Assembly (NCBI GenBank): GCA_965208125.1 | Contig: OZ242320.1 | Location: 960,001-1,024,000 of the forward strand | DNA length: 64,000 nt | Direction of reading: 5' to 3' | Origin: Candidatus Latescibacterota bacterium | GTDB taxonomy: Bacteria; Latescibacterota; UBA2968 | Part shown: positions 38,618 through 47,461 of the stretch, piece after piece | Position numbering within the stretch: the stretch's first letter is position 1 | Layout: each line of letters opens with the position of its first letter | Translations under genes and position numbers: made by a program | Notes under the pieces: model-generated | Databases searched by the model: none | Told to the model about the DNA's origin: nothing | Seen by the model: only the letters and a program-made list of their open reading frames with translations

Positions 38618-40585
38618 ATGCTGAGATTTGCTGAAGAAATACTGCTGCTGCTTCACAACGAAGATCGAGGCGATTTCGCGTCCGGTCTTGCGCCGCATGC
38701 ATTGAACATCGTCCTCGCTGGTGCCGTATTGATGGATTTGGCCCTTGAAAACCGCATCGATACCGATCTCGATCATCTCTTTTTGGCTGATGCCACGCCT
38801 CTTGAAGACGACCTGCTTGATCCCACCCTTGCCGACATCGCGCGCGATACGGACACACGAGACGCCAACTATTGGCTCGCACAAACGACCAAACGGGGCG
38901 ACGAAATCCGCGATAAAGCACTTGCGCGACTGATCAACCGGGGCATCCTGGAAGCCGAATCCGAAGGGATCTTCTTCCTTTCGCACCTGGTATCGCACTG
39001 CCGCCACTATCCAACCATTGATGGACAACCAGTAGAAGAAGTCCGGTTACGCATTATGCGCGTACTGTTCACCGATGAAATTCCGGACCCACGCGACATC
39101 GTCATTATCTGTCTGGCGGATGCCTGCGGCGTTTTCAAGAATATTTTATCCCAGTCAGAACTATCGGAGGTACAAGAACGGATCGAACTGATTCGAAAAA
39201 TGGACCTGATCGGCCAATCGGTTACCAGAGCGATTCGCAAGCATGAGCCTCCTACCCCTGTCCCTACTCCACGCAAGGAGATACCGCAGGCACCGGGGTT
39301 GCCGCTTATTGGCAACACCATCGGCATGAAGCGCGATTTGCGCTCGCTTCTCGTCAAACAATACCGAAACTTAGGGCCGATTTTTCGCATCAAGGCATTC
39401 AATCGCCGCTTCATCGCCCTCGTAGGTCCCGAGGCGAATACCTTCGTAAAGCGAGGGGGTAAGTACTTTCGCACGCTTGAAAACTGGGTGGATTACAACA
39501 AAGCTGGGGGCGTCGGACGCAACATAATCAGCATGGATGGCCCCGAACATATTCGCATGCGCAAAGAACTGGCGGATGTGTACACCCACCGCCTCATTGA
39601 AGGCCGCGTGGCAGACGTTGTCCGCGTTCTTCAACAAGATATCGCCGGATGGCCCCAGGACAAGCCGCTACCGGGCTTATACACCTGGCAGCGCATCGTC
39701 TTAAATCAGATCGGTGTGCTGGCCCTCAGCATGCCTGTACACGACTACTTAGACGACATTATGGTTTATTTTCACAGCAAGATGAAAACGTATATCATGC
39801 GGCAGCAACCCAGGCTGATGTTATATCGGCCACGCGTCCGGCGTGCCTTCAAGCGGATGGAAGAACTGACTCAGCGCATTCTGGCTGATCACGAACCAGA
39901 AAAACGCCGCAACAAGCCACCGGATACCATTGACCATTTGCTGGAACTGCACCGCAGGGATCCGCAATTTCTTCCCGAGACCGATTTAGAGGTAATAGGT
40001 CCTCTCACGGCCGGTCTCGATACCGTGGCAAATACCTGTGCCTTCATATTCTACGAACTGTTGAAGCGACCCGATCTGCGCGAGCAGGTAATTGCTGAAG
40101 CAGACGCCCTCTTTGACCAGGGTATGCCTGAGGTGAGCGACCTGCGTCAACTCGATGTCCTGCACCGCACGGCAATGGAAACCTTGCGCCTCTATCCCCT
40201 TGCACCGGTAATGTCATTGCGCACGGTAGCCAACTCATTTGAATTTGAGGGCTACAAGGTCTCTGCTGGCGAGACCCTTCTTATTGGATTCACAATACCG
40301 CACCTGATGTCAGAATATTTCCCCAATCCGGAGCGCTTCGATATCGACCGCTACACCGCAGAACGCGCTGAGCACCGCCAGCACGGGGTCTATGCCCCCT
40401 TCGGTTTAGGAGCGCATCGGTGTCTGGGTAGCAATCTCGCCGAGGCGTTCATTGCGCTCAACATGGCGGCCATCTTCCGCGAGGCCGATTTGGTTCTCGA
40501 TCCGCCCGATTGCGAATTAAAGACCAAACAGACCTATTCCCTTCTACCCTACTTCAAGTTCCGCCTGGTGCGTCGGCACCGATAG
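38618..40585 (+). CDS. GPP34/GOLPH3-family domain fused to cytochrome P450
   Basis: N-terminal AEEILLLL...LAGAVLMDLALENRI...D.LLD..L (GPP34 pattern); Pro-rich linker PGLPLIG; P450 motifs AGLDT, ETLR, PERF, FGLGAHRCLG. Confidence 0.88.
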   Translation: MLRFAEEILLLLHNEDRGDFASGLAPHALNIVLAGAVLMDLALENRIDTDLDHLFLADATPLEDDLLDPTLADIARDTDTRDANYWLAQTTKRGDEIRDKALARLINRGILEAESEGIFFLSHLVSHCRHYPTIDGQPVEEVRLRIMRVLFTDEIPDPRDIVIICLADACGVFKNILSQSELSEVQERIELIRKMDLIGQSVTRAIRKHEPPTPVPTPRKEIPQAPGLPLIGNTIGMKRDLRSLLVKQYRNLGPIFRIKAFNRRFIALVGPEANTFVKRGGKYFRTLENWVDYNKAGGVGRNIISMDGPEHIRMRKELADVYTHRLIEGRVADVVRVLQQDIAGWPQDKPLPGLYTWQRIVLNQIGVLALSMPVHDYLDDIMVYFHSKMKTYIMRQQPRLMLYRPRVRRAFKRMEELTQRILADHEPEKRRNKPPDTIDHLLELHRRDPQFLPETDLEVIGPLTAGLDTVANTCAFIFYELLKRPDLREQVIAEADALFDQGMPEVSDLRQLDVLHRTAMETLRLYPLAPVMSLRTVANSFEFEGYKVSAGETLLIGFTIPHLMSEYFPNPERFDIDRYTAERAEHRQHGVYAPFGLGAHRCLGSNLAEAFIALNMAAIFREADLVLDPPDCELKTKQTYSLLPYFKFRLVRRHR

Positions 40586-40602
40586 CAAAATGGAGCGTCA
40601 AA

Positions 40603-41733
40603 ATACCTGCTAAGAAACCACAGTCCAGGAATGTAGATCACCCCAACACGCCCGCACCGCTGCGCGTTTGGGCGAGGCTCCTCTGGGGTCAGGACGGGGT
40701 GAGGGTCGCGCCCCAGCACCGGGGACGAGTGAGGCGAATTCTCCTTGGCTCGGCCCTGATGGTACCGCTACGCTTGATCGAAAAGATGCGCTACGGGCGC
40801 GCCGTGGCTCGGACTAAGATCGCGCATCCACCGATCTTTATCATCGGCCATGCCCGCTCGGGCACGACGCACTTGCACTATCTCCTGACGCGCGATCCGC
40901 AGTTCGCAATCGTCTCGATATTCCAAGCCGCCGTCCCGACATTCTTTCTGATCGGTCGCGGTTGGATCAAGCGTTTCATGGCCAAGCAGCTCGGGTCGAA
41001 ACGCCCGCAGGATGATGTCAAAATAACTATGGACATGCCGAACGAGGAAGAATTTGCGATTGCCAATTCCTCTGAGCTATCCTTTGTTCACTTCCTTACA
41101 TTCCCATCCAAGACGATGGAGTACCTTGAAAAATATGTCTTCATGAGGGGGCTAACCGATCAGCAACTGGCACGCTGGGATGCCGTCATCACGGACATCA
41201 TTAAAAAAGCCACATTTGCGGGCGGCGGAAAGCAGTTGGTACTCAAAAGCCCCACCAACACCGGCCGAATCCCCCACATCCTGCGCCTTTTCCCCAATGC
41301 GAAGTTCGTTCATATCGCAAGAAATCCATGCGATGTCTATTACTCGACAAACCATACATTCAGAAAGATGTTTGAGTTGTTCCTGCTGGAGGAGCATCCA
41401 GGCGATGTTGCGGATTTCGTCATCACCAAGTACAAGGCTCTAATGGAACAATACCTGAAAGACAGAGCTTTGATCCCGGAAGGCAATCTGGCGGAAGTGA
41501 AGTACGAGGACCTCGTAGCTGATCCGTTGGGCGAACTGGAACGCATCTACGCGGCCCTCGGATTGTCCGGTTGGGAAAGCGGAGGGAAGCAAGCGGTCGT
41601 CGAGTACCTGAGCACGCTTTCGGACTACCAAAAAAATACATTCGAGCCGGACCCTGACGCTATGGAGCGCATCTCACAAGCCTGGCGGTTTGCTTTCGAA
41701 GAATGGAATTATGAACTACCAGTAAAGCTATAG
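40603..41733 (+). CDS. PAPS-dependent sulfotransferase, Stf3-like; start uncertain (ATA after GGAG)
   Basis: PPIFIIGHARSGTTHLH 5'-PSB loop, P.EEEF, LKSP..T.RI, FPNAKFVHIARNP..VY.S, YEDLV.DP. Confidence 0.88.
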   Translation: MPAKKPQSRNVDHPNTPAPLRVWARLLWGQDGVRVAPQHRGRVRRILLGSALMVPLRLIEKMRYGRAVARTKIAHPPIFIIGHARSGTTHLHYLLTRDPQFAIVSIFQAAVPTFFLIGRGWIKRFMAKQLGSKRPQDDVKITMDMPNEEEFAIANSSELSFVHFLTFPSKTMEYLEKYVFMRGLTDQQLARWDAVITDIIKKATFAGGGKQLVLKSPTNTGRIPHILRLFPNAKFVHIARNPCDVYYSTNHTFRKMFELFLLEEHPGDVADFVITKYKALMEQYLKDRALIPEGNLAEVKYEDLVADPLGELERIYAALGLSGWESGGKQAVVEYLSTLSDYQKNTFEPDPDAMERISQAWRFAFEEWNYELPVKL

Positions 41734-41758
41734 ACCGACCTCAATCTATGTGCCAGTT

Positions 41759-42502
41759 TTAGATGAAATCCCTCGCATTAGCCTCCACCATCACCTCAAC
41801 CGCTGCCAAATGCGCTGCAACGCGCACATCCATCGGCTGTGCTGTCGGGCTTTCTGACGTCACCAGATGCCCTGTATGGCCTCGCTGATACAAAGCGATC
41901 GGTATGCCCTCCCCGTACTTCCGCCTCGACACCTCCATATTGGGATGAATCACCCCATTGACTGCAACCTCGCCCTCAATCTCAGCCTCTTTATTAATCG
42001 GACACACCTGTGCCACCCGCGTCACCATCTTCCGTCCCAGAGATTCTCTGTCCCCAAACATCTCGTACAAATAAAACCCCGCACTCTCCCAATCCTCGTG
42101 CAAATCGATCACACCTGCAAAAACTCGTCCTTCTACAAAACCCTTCAAAATCTCAATCTCGGGCACATCATCGCGCAAAAACGCCCAATTCACATCCACC
42201 TCCTGTGCATTGAGCCGCGCATTGTGAACATAGCTCCACGGGCACAAACACGGAATAACTTCAAAACGCACCCGATCAGCCCAGCGATCCCACTCCCTCT
42301 CTAAAAAAGCCAGCGCGGCCTCTATGCCAGCCGGTTCATCGCCGTGCGTCCCCCCATTGATATACACAACAGGCGCGTCTCCCTTGCCAGCAGACACGCG
42401 CAAAACCGGCAACCCTTCAACCACCCCCAACTCATACACATCAACACCAGACACTGCTTCCACACGCTTGACAACAGCATCGTAATCCCGTTGAACCATC
42501 AC
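41759..42502 (-). CDS. M14 metallopeptidase / succinylglutamate desuccinylase-like
   Basis: GGTHGDEPAG (HxxE), D.N..F, IDLHED. Confidence 0.85.
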   Translation of the reverse strand: MMVQRDYDAVVKRVEAVSGVDVYELGVVEGLPVLRVSAGKGDAPVVYINGGTHGDEPAGIEAALAFLEREWDRWADRVRFEVIPCLCPWSYVHNARLNAQEVDVNWAFLRDDVPEIEILKGFVEGRVFAGVIDLHEDWESAGFYLYEMFGDRESLGRKMVTRVAQVCPINKEAEIEGEVAVNGVIHPNMEVSRRKYGEGIPIALYQRGHTGHLVTSESPTAQPMDVRVAAHLAAVEVMVEANARDFI

Positions 42503-43464
42503 ATATCCCGAAGCGCGTCAATCACCCGCACGTGAATCTCCCGGGCACTCACCACCACCCCGCGATTGTCTTCCATCTGAGCAGCAGACACAAAATCCAG
42601 CGGCCTGCCAAACATATCGCTCACCTGTCCACCGGCTTCCTCAACAATCAGAGCACCCGCAGCGTGATCCCAGATATTCTCGCGATAATCCGGATATTCT
42701 GGCGACGGCAGCCTCAAATACAACGCCGCATCGCCGCGTGCCACCGCGCCGTATTTCACCTGACTATCCATCCTGAGCGACGGCGAAACAATCCCAACCG
42801 CACGAGCCACCGCTTGCTGTGCATCGAAATCACAGTGTGACGACTCCACGCTCTCTGCAAACCGCCATGCAGGGTCATCAATGCGAACATCAACACCATC
42901 CCCACCTGCAAGAGACATCGCTCGTGTACCCTCTCCCCTAACAGCCACAAATAACACCCCACAATCACCGTCCACCTGATCCATATCCACCGGCAGAGCC
43001 GGACACGCCAGCGCAGCAACCTTCACCTCCCCGCAATCGACGAGCGCCAGCGCCACCGCGTATTGATCCCCGCGCAAAAAACCCTTTGTCCCATCGATGG
43101 GATCGAGCGTCCAGAAACGCTCTGCAACATCCCCATTACCCGCATCAATCCAGTCACAAACCGTATTCTCATCCGCCCGTGCATACGCCCGAACAAACTC
43201 ACACACAGTCTTCCGCATCGCCGTTTGCCCGGCATCCCGAAGCGCCGATGCATCTTCCTCCGCCACAATCGGATCCCCGGGAAAAACCGACTTTAACTGT
43301 CGGCACACAAGCGCCTGCGAGCCAAAATCCGCAACCGTCACCGGACTGCGATCCTCCTTCTCCATCGCCCCAACAAGTGATTTTCGCACATCCACACAAA
43401 GCCGCGCAGCCTCGCGCACAGCCTCAACAGCGACCTCCCGTTCCCGATCATATCCCATAAACAC
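42499..43464 (-). CDS. 3'(2'),5'-bisphosphate nucleotidase (HAL2/CysQ type, PAP phosphatase)
   Basis: SPVTVADFGSQA, AEED, WTLDPIDGTKGFLRGDQYAVAL, RMDSQVKY, WDHAAG. Confidence 0.93.
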   Translation of the reverse strand: MFMGYDREREVAVEAVREAARLCVDVRKSLVGAMEKEDRSPVTVADFGSQALVCRQLKSVFPGDPIVAEEDASALRDAGQTAMRKTVCEFVRAYARADENTVCDWIDAGNGDVAERFWTLDPIDGTKGFLRGDQYAVALALVDCGEVKVAALACPALPVDMDQVDGDCGVLFVAVRGEGTRAMSLAGGDGVDVRIDDPAWRFAESVESSHCDFDAQQAVARAVGIVSPSLRMDSQVKYGAVARGDAALYLRLPSPEYPDYRENIWDHAAGALIVEEAGGQVSDMFGRPLDFVSAAQMEDNRGVVVSAREIHVRVIDALRDM

Positions 43465-43466
43465 CC

Positions 43467-44366
43467 CTATTTCTTTTGCGCACCAAAATGATCCATCTCG
43501 CCGCGATCAATCCAACCCGGCAATCTAATCTTCTCCGACATCTTCCACGCCGTCAAATAAAGCGAAACCGTAAAACCCGCAGCCCGCTTTGCATGCTTCT
43601 CGGCAAAAGCGCGCACCGCAGGCTCATTCTTCCAATCCACATCATTTGGAATGAGATACTGCTCCATTGCCAGCGCGGCCTCAACCTCACCAAAACTCTC
43701 GTGCATCTGCGCCACAATACCCGCCATCAAACTATCCACAGGCGCGGCAGTCAAACCCTCGGCAATCGCCTCAGGTTCCAGATCCAAATTTTGAAGCAAC
43801 CCATCAATCTTCTCGTGAATGCGCGTCATCGACGACTTGCCATCCACAACGCGACCATTCCAGTGAATCGTCAAATTCAGAGGTTGACAAATCTCCTGAG
43901 CAAAATGCGCCACATACCCGGCGTATATCAGACACTTATTTTGAACAAACGGACTCTCGGGCCACTTGCGAAACTCTGCAAAAGCCAGAGCGAGTTGCTC
44001 GGTATATTCCGCTGTTACGTAAGGCAGTAAACCCACCTGCTCAGGCTTCTTCCCCGACTCTGCACAGCGCCTGCCAAACTCGTACCGCGACGCGGGCAAA
44101 TTCCCCACGTCAAACAGCTCCATATTAAAATAATGAACCGGATGCCCGGCCCGCTCCAGATGAAGCGTACCGCGATTTTTCGCAACATCTGGATCAACAG
44201 CCGCATGAGCCACCATACCCGCACCAGCCCTGAGAAAAGCAGGCGCATCTGCTGGAAGCGCCTGAACAGCCGCCCGCGTCAAAATGCCATGCCCTCGCGG
44301 CCACCAGCCCCAGGCGGACGATCCGAATACAAATAGTGCCAATAATACCATACCCAATCGACGCAT
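43467..44366 (-). CDS. Secreted S1/P1 nuclease / Zn-phospholipase C fold protein, paralogue 2 (ligand substitutions)
   Basis: Signal peptide then W.PRGH, DPD, HYFN, HFAQEICQPLN, IHEKID. Confidence 0.7.
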   Translation of the reverse strand: MRRLGMVLLALFVFGSSAWGWWPRGHGILTRAAVQALPADAPAFLRAGAGMVAHAAVDPDVAKNRGTLHLERAGHPVHYFNMELFDVGNLPASRYEFGRRCAESGKKPEQVGLLPYVTAEYTEQLALAFAEFRKWPESPFVQNKCLIYAGYVAHFAQEICQPLNLTIHWNGRVVDGKSSMTRIHEKIDGLLQNLDLEPEAIAEGLTAAPVDSLMAGIVAQMHESFGEVEAALAMEQYLIPNDVDWKNEPAVRAFAEKHAKRAAGFTVSLYLTAWKMSEKIRLPGWIDRGEMDHFGAQKK

Positions 44367-44385
44367 CGATAATCTCCTTTCTTTT

Positions 44386-45279
44386 CTACTTCCCGTCCCA
44401 AACCTCTCGCTTCACATAATCTGCAATCTCCAAACGCTCGGACAATCGCCAGGCAGTCAAATAAAGCCGAGCAGTAAACCGCGTTGCAGCGCGGGCGCGA
44501 TCTTTTGCAAAAGCGATCACCTCGGCATTTGGGACCCAATTCTCCTCATCATATCTGGGAATATTCGGCCCCATTTCATAAACCCGATCAACCAGTGCAA
44601 ACCCCTCCTCAAACTCCCGCATAATCTCAGACATCACATCATCAAAAGGCGTCACATCCTGATCGCGCGACAAATCCTCGGGTTTCATCTTCAAAAACTG
44701 CACCAACCCATCCACCTTCTGGTGAATACCCCTCTGCAACTTTTCTCCCCCCTCCACCACGCGCCCATCGTAGTGAATCGTCAAATGCAAAGGCTGGCAC
44801 ATATCCTCGGCATAATGCGCGAGAAAACCCGCATAAATCAGGCACTTACTCTGAATATGCGGATTATCGGGCCACTTGCGAAACTCTGCAAAAGCCACCG
44901 CCAGCCGCTCAGTCCACTCATTCACCGCATAGGGAACAAACCCCATCTTCTCGGGCGACACCCCATGCTCATAACACAACTTGACAAACGCGTATCGACT
45001 CGCGGGCAGCGTCTCCACATCGAGCATCTCGCGATCCAAAAAATGCTCGGGATACTCTGCCCCTCGCACCTGCGGCGTACCCCGATTCTTGCCCATATCG
45101 GGATCAATACTCAAATGCGCCACCGTCTTTGCCCCCTGCCTGAAAAACGCGGGAACCTCATCGGGCAAAGCCGCCACAGCGGACAAAGTCAGAATATGAT
45201 GCCCCTCCAGAAACCAGCCTCGAGCAGGAGAACACAACCCTGCTAAAAGCAAAACAGAAACAGCAAATCGTTTGATCAT
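44386..45279 (-). CDS. Secreted S1/P1 nuclease / Zn-phospholipase C fold protein, paralogue 1
   Basis: Signal peptide then WFLEGH, DPD, HFLD, HYAEDMCQPLH, IHQKVD; AGGAGG RBS. Confidence 0.78.
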   Translation of the reverse strand: MIKRFAVSVLLLAGLCSPARGWFLEGHHILTLSAVAALPDEVPAFFRQGAKTVAHLSIDPDMGKNRGTPQVRGAEYPEHFLDREMLDVETLPASRYAFVKLCYEHGVSPEKMGFVPYAVNEWTERLAVAFAEFRKWPDNPHIQSKCLIYAGFLAHYAEDMCQPLHLTIHYDGRVVEGGEKLQRGIHQKVDGLVQFLKMKPEDLSRDQDVTPFDDVMSEIMREFEEGFALVDRVYEMGPNIPRYDEENWVPNAEVIAFAKDRARAATRFTARLYLTAWRLSERLEIADYVKREVWDGK

Positions 45280-45319
45280 CACACCTCCTGGGGTAGTGTC
45301 AGCAGTCACACATAAAGAC

Positions 45320-45348
45320 AGCGGAGAAACTCAGAAAGTTTCTCCGCT
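45320..45348. terminator. Hairpin directly downstream of tRNA-Sec
   Basis: AGCGGAGAAACT-CAGAA-AGTTTCTCCGCT. Confidence 0.6.
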
Positions 45349-45356
45349 ATCAAAAA

Positions 45357-45454
45357 TGGCGGGAATGTGTGGGAATCGAACCCACCAAGCGTGGGGTTAG
45401 CACGCAACAACGGGTTTGAAGCCCGCGGGGGACACCAGTTCCCCATCCACTCCC
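45357..45454 (-). tRNA. selC: tRNA-Sec (anticodon UCA)
   Basis: GGGAGUGG...GGGGAAC-UGGU-GUCCCC long D arm, GCGGG-CUUCAAA-CCCGU anticodon arm, long variable arm, GUGGG-UUCGAUU-CCCAC, G discriminator and CCA; 98 nt; 2 nt after selD. Confidence 0.96.
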
Positions 45455-45456
45455 AA

Positions 45457-46500
45457 TCACGCGCGTACCTCAATTTCACCGGGATGTTCTGCAACCACCT
45501 CGCCAATATCTCGAGCCATCACACCGCGCTCAATGAGTGCCCCAAGAAAAGCATCAGCCACATCGGGCGCAAGTGCAATCAGCAGGCCACCAGAAGTCTG
45601 CGGATCAAAAAACAAACGCCTCAAAGACTCGTCAACATCTTCGGCAAACCGCACCGCATGCCCTCGCGCCGCCCGATTGCGCCGCAAACCACCGCCCTCA
45701 CGCCCCTCTGCAATCTGCAAAGCCAGATCGAAACGCGGCACATCAAGAGCACGTATGCAAAACCCAACGCCACTCGCCTCAGCCATCTCCAACCCATGCC
45801 CCAGCAACCCAAACCCGGTAATATCCGTACATCCACCCGCATTATATGCAACCATCTCCTCGGCTGCGACGCGATTCAACTGCACCATAGAATCCACCGC
45901 AACCTGCAAAGCATCTTCATCGATCTCGTCATTTTGATACGCATCCGACATCAAACCCGTACCCAGCGGCTTGGTCAGAATGAGACGATCACCCACCCGC
46001 GCACCCGCATTGGTCTTCACATCGTCTGGATGCACAACCCCCGTCACAGACAACCCGAACTTGGGCTCCACATCCTCCACAGAATGTCCACCCACCAGAA
46101 CTGCGCCGGACTCCGCCACCTTCTCCTGTCCCCCTCTTAAAACCTCGGCAATCACCTCTGGATCGACATCATCACTCGGAAACCCGCAAATATTCAGCGC
46201 AGTAATCGGGCGCCCTCCCATCGCATACACATCGCTCAGCGAATTGGCTGCCGCAATCTGCCCATACGCATGCGGATCATCGACAATAGGCGTAAAAAAA
46301 TCCACCGTCTGAATAAGCGCCACATCCTCAGAAATCCGAAACACACCGGCATCATCAGCCGTATTCATCCCCACCATCAAATCGGGATGCGCCACAGGCG
46401 GCAACTTTTTCAAAATCACATCCAGCACCGCTGGATCGAGTTTCGATGCTCAACCACCGCAACTGACGAGCTGAGTCAATCTTCTACCGCGATACTTCAT
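45457..46500 (-). CDS. selD: Selenide,water dikinase SelD, selenocysteine-containing (UGA at 46450-46452, codon 17)
   Basis: MKYRGRRLTQLVSCGG-U-ASKLDP...DDAGV, QTVDFFTP, NSLSDVYAMGG, TDITGFGLLGH, DPQTSGGLL; hairpin AUCCAGC-GGU-GCUGGAU after the UGA. Confidence 0.95.
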
Positions 46501-47324
46501 TTTTTCAACTCCTCATCTTCTCTCGCCATCTGTTCCTTTTGCCAGCGATAATCGACCTTGCCATCGTAAAACATCCCGGGGTTCTCTATCGCCCACAACT
46601 GCTTTCGGATTAACCAATTCTTGGGATCCAGAACATACGCGCGCTTTAACTCAGCAATAGCATCTTCGCGCTTGCCCTGTTTCAGCAACACAATAGCGCG
46701 CTGAAATTTCGCATCGGCCTCCTGCTCATCCGCAGTCAGCACGCGGGGTTTCGCACCCTTATCCCCATCGCGCCATGCGCCGGGAATAGCCCCCGTTGTT
46801 ATCCATTCACCCAGTTCTTCGCGCAGCGTCTCATTGTCAATATTAACGCTACCAACACTGCGGACAAGTCGCCCTTCTTCATCCACAAAAATCCCAACCG
46901 GCACGAATTTGACATTATACGCTTTCCCAATCGCGTTATGCTGATCCAGCAATGCGCGATATGTACCACCGGCCTTTTCAACCCAGGGTCTGGCAACCTC
47001 GGCACCCTGGGCATCCTGGGCAATAACCACCACCTCAACCTGTTCACCATACTCCTGATAAAACGCTTGCCATCCAGGCAACTGAGCGCGGCACCCTCAC
47101 CAGGAAGCCCACATAAAAAACGCCGTTTTCTTACCGAGAAAATCACTCGAAGAAATCAGTTCCCCAGAGTATAAATCCGGCAGTATAAACGCAGGCGGCA
47201 CATGCCCAATGCTCAGGCCAACATCATTCAGTCCAGGCTCCAAAGTCTTCACAGATTCCTCCCCTGACAGGGTATGAGCCGACCCATTTATCAACAAGAG
47301 CAACACAAATACTATTTTTTTCAT
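46497..47324 (-). CDS. Exported thioredoxin-fold (AhpC/TSA-TlpA-like) selenoprotein with U-G-C motif and C-terminal TPR-like helices, 275 aa
   Basis: Track ORFs 47097-47324 and 46497-47081 are in frame across TGA 47097-47099: FFMWASW-U-GCRAQLPGWQ; SECIS-like hairpin UUGCC-UGGAU-GGCAA; stop overlaps the selD start. Confidence 0.88.
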
Positions 47325-47461
47325 CTCGTATCCAATCTAACAGAATTTGAACAATGTGCAACACACAAGCTCGTTTTCATCTCGTATCCGGACCCGTGAA
47401 TACAAACCGCCCGGCAATCATCTCACCGAGCGGCTCGAAATGCAACAAGTATTGTATTCCA

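Noticed and set aside
37867-41974. M14 duplication as a DGR template/variable repeat pair
   Set aside because: Mismatches are not adenine-specific and many are synonymous; no RT nearby
42499-43464. PAP phosphatase as part of the P450-sulfotransferase system
   Set aside because: Biochemically fitting, but it lies outside the duplicated boundary in the host operon, so linkage may be coincidental
45306-46140. ORFs 45306-45506 and 45367-46140
   Set aside because: They overlap tRNA-Sec and selD; spurious
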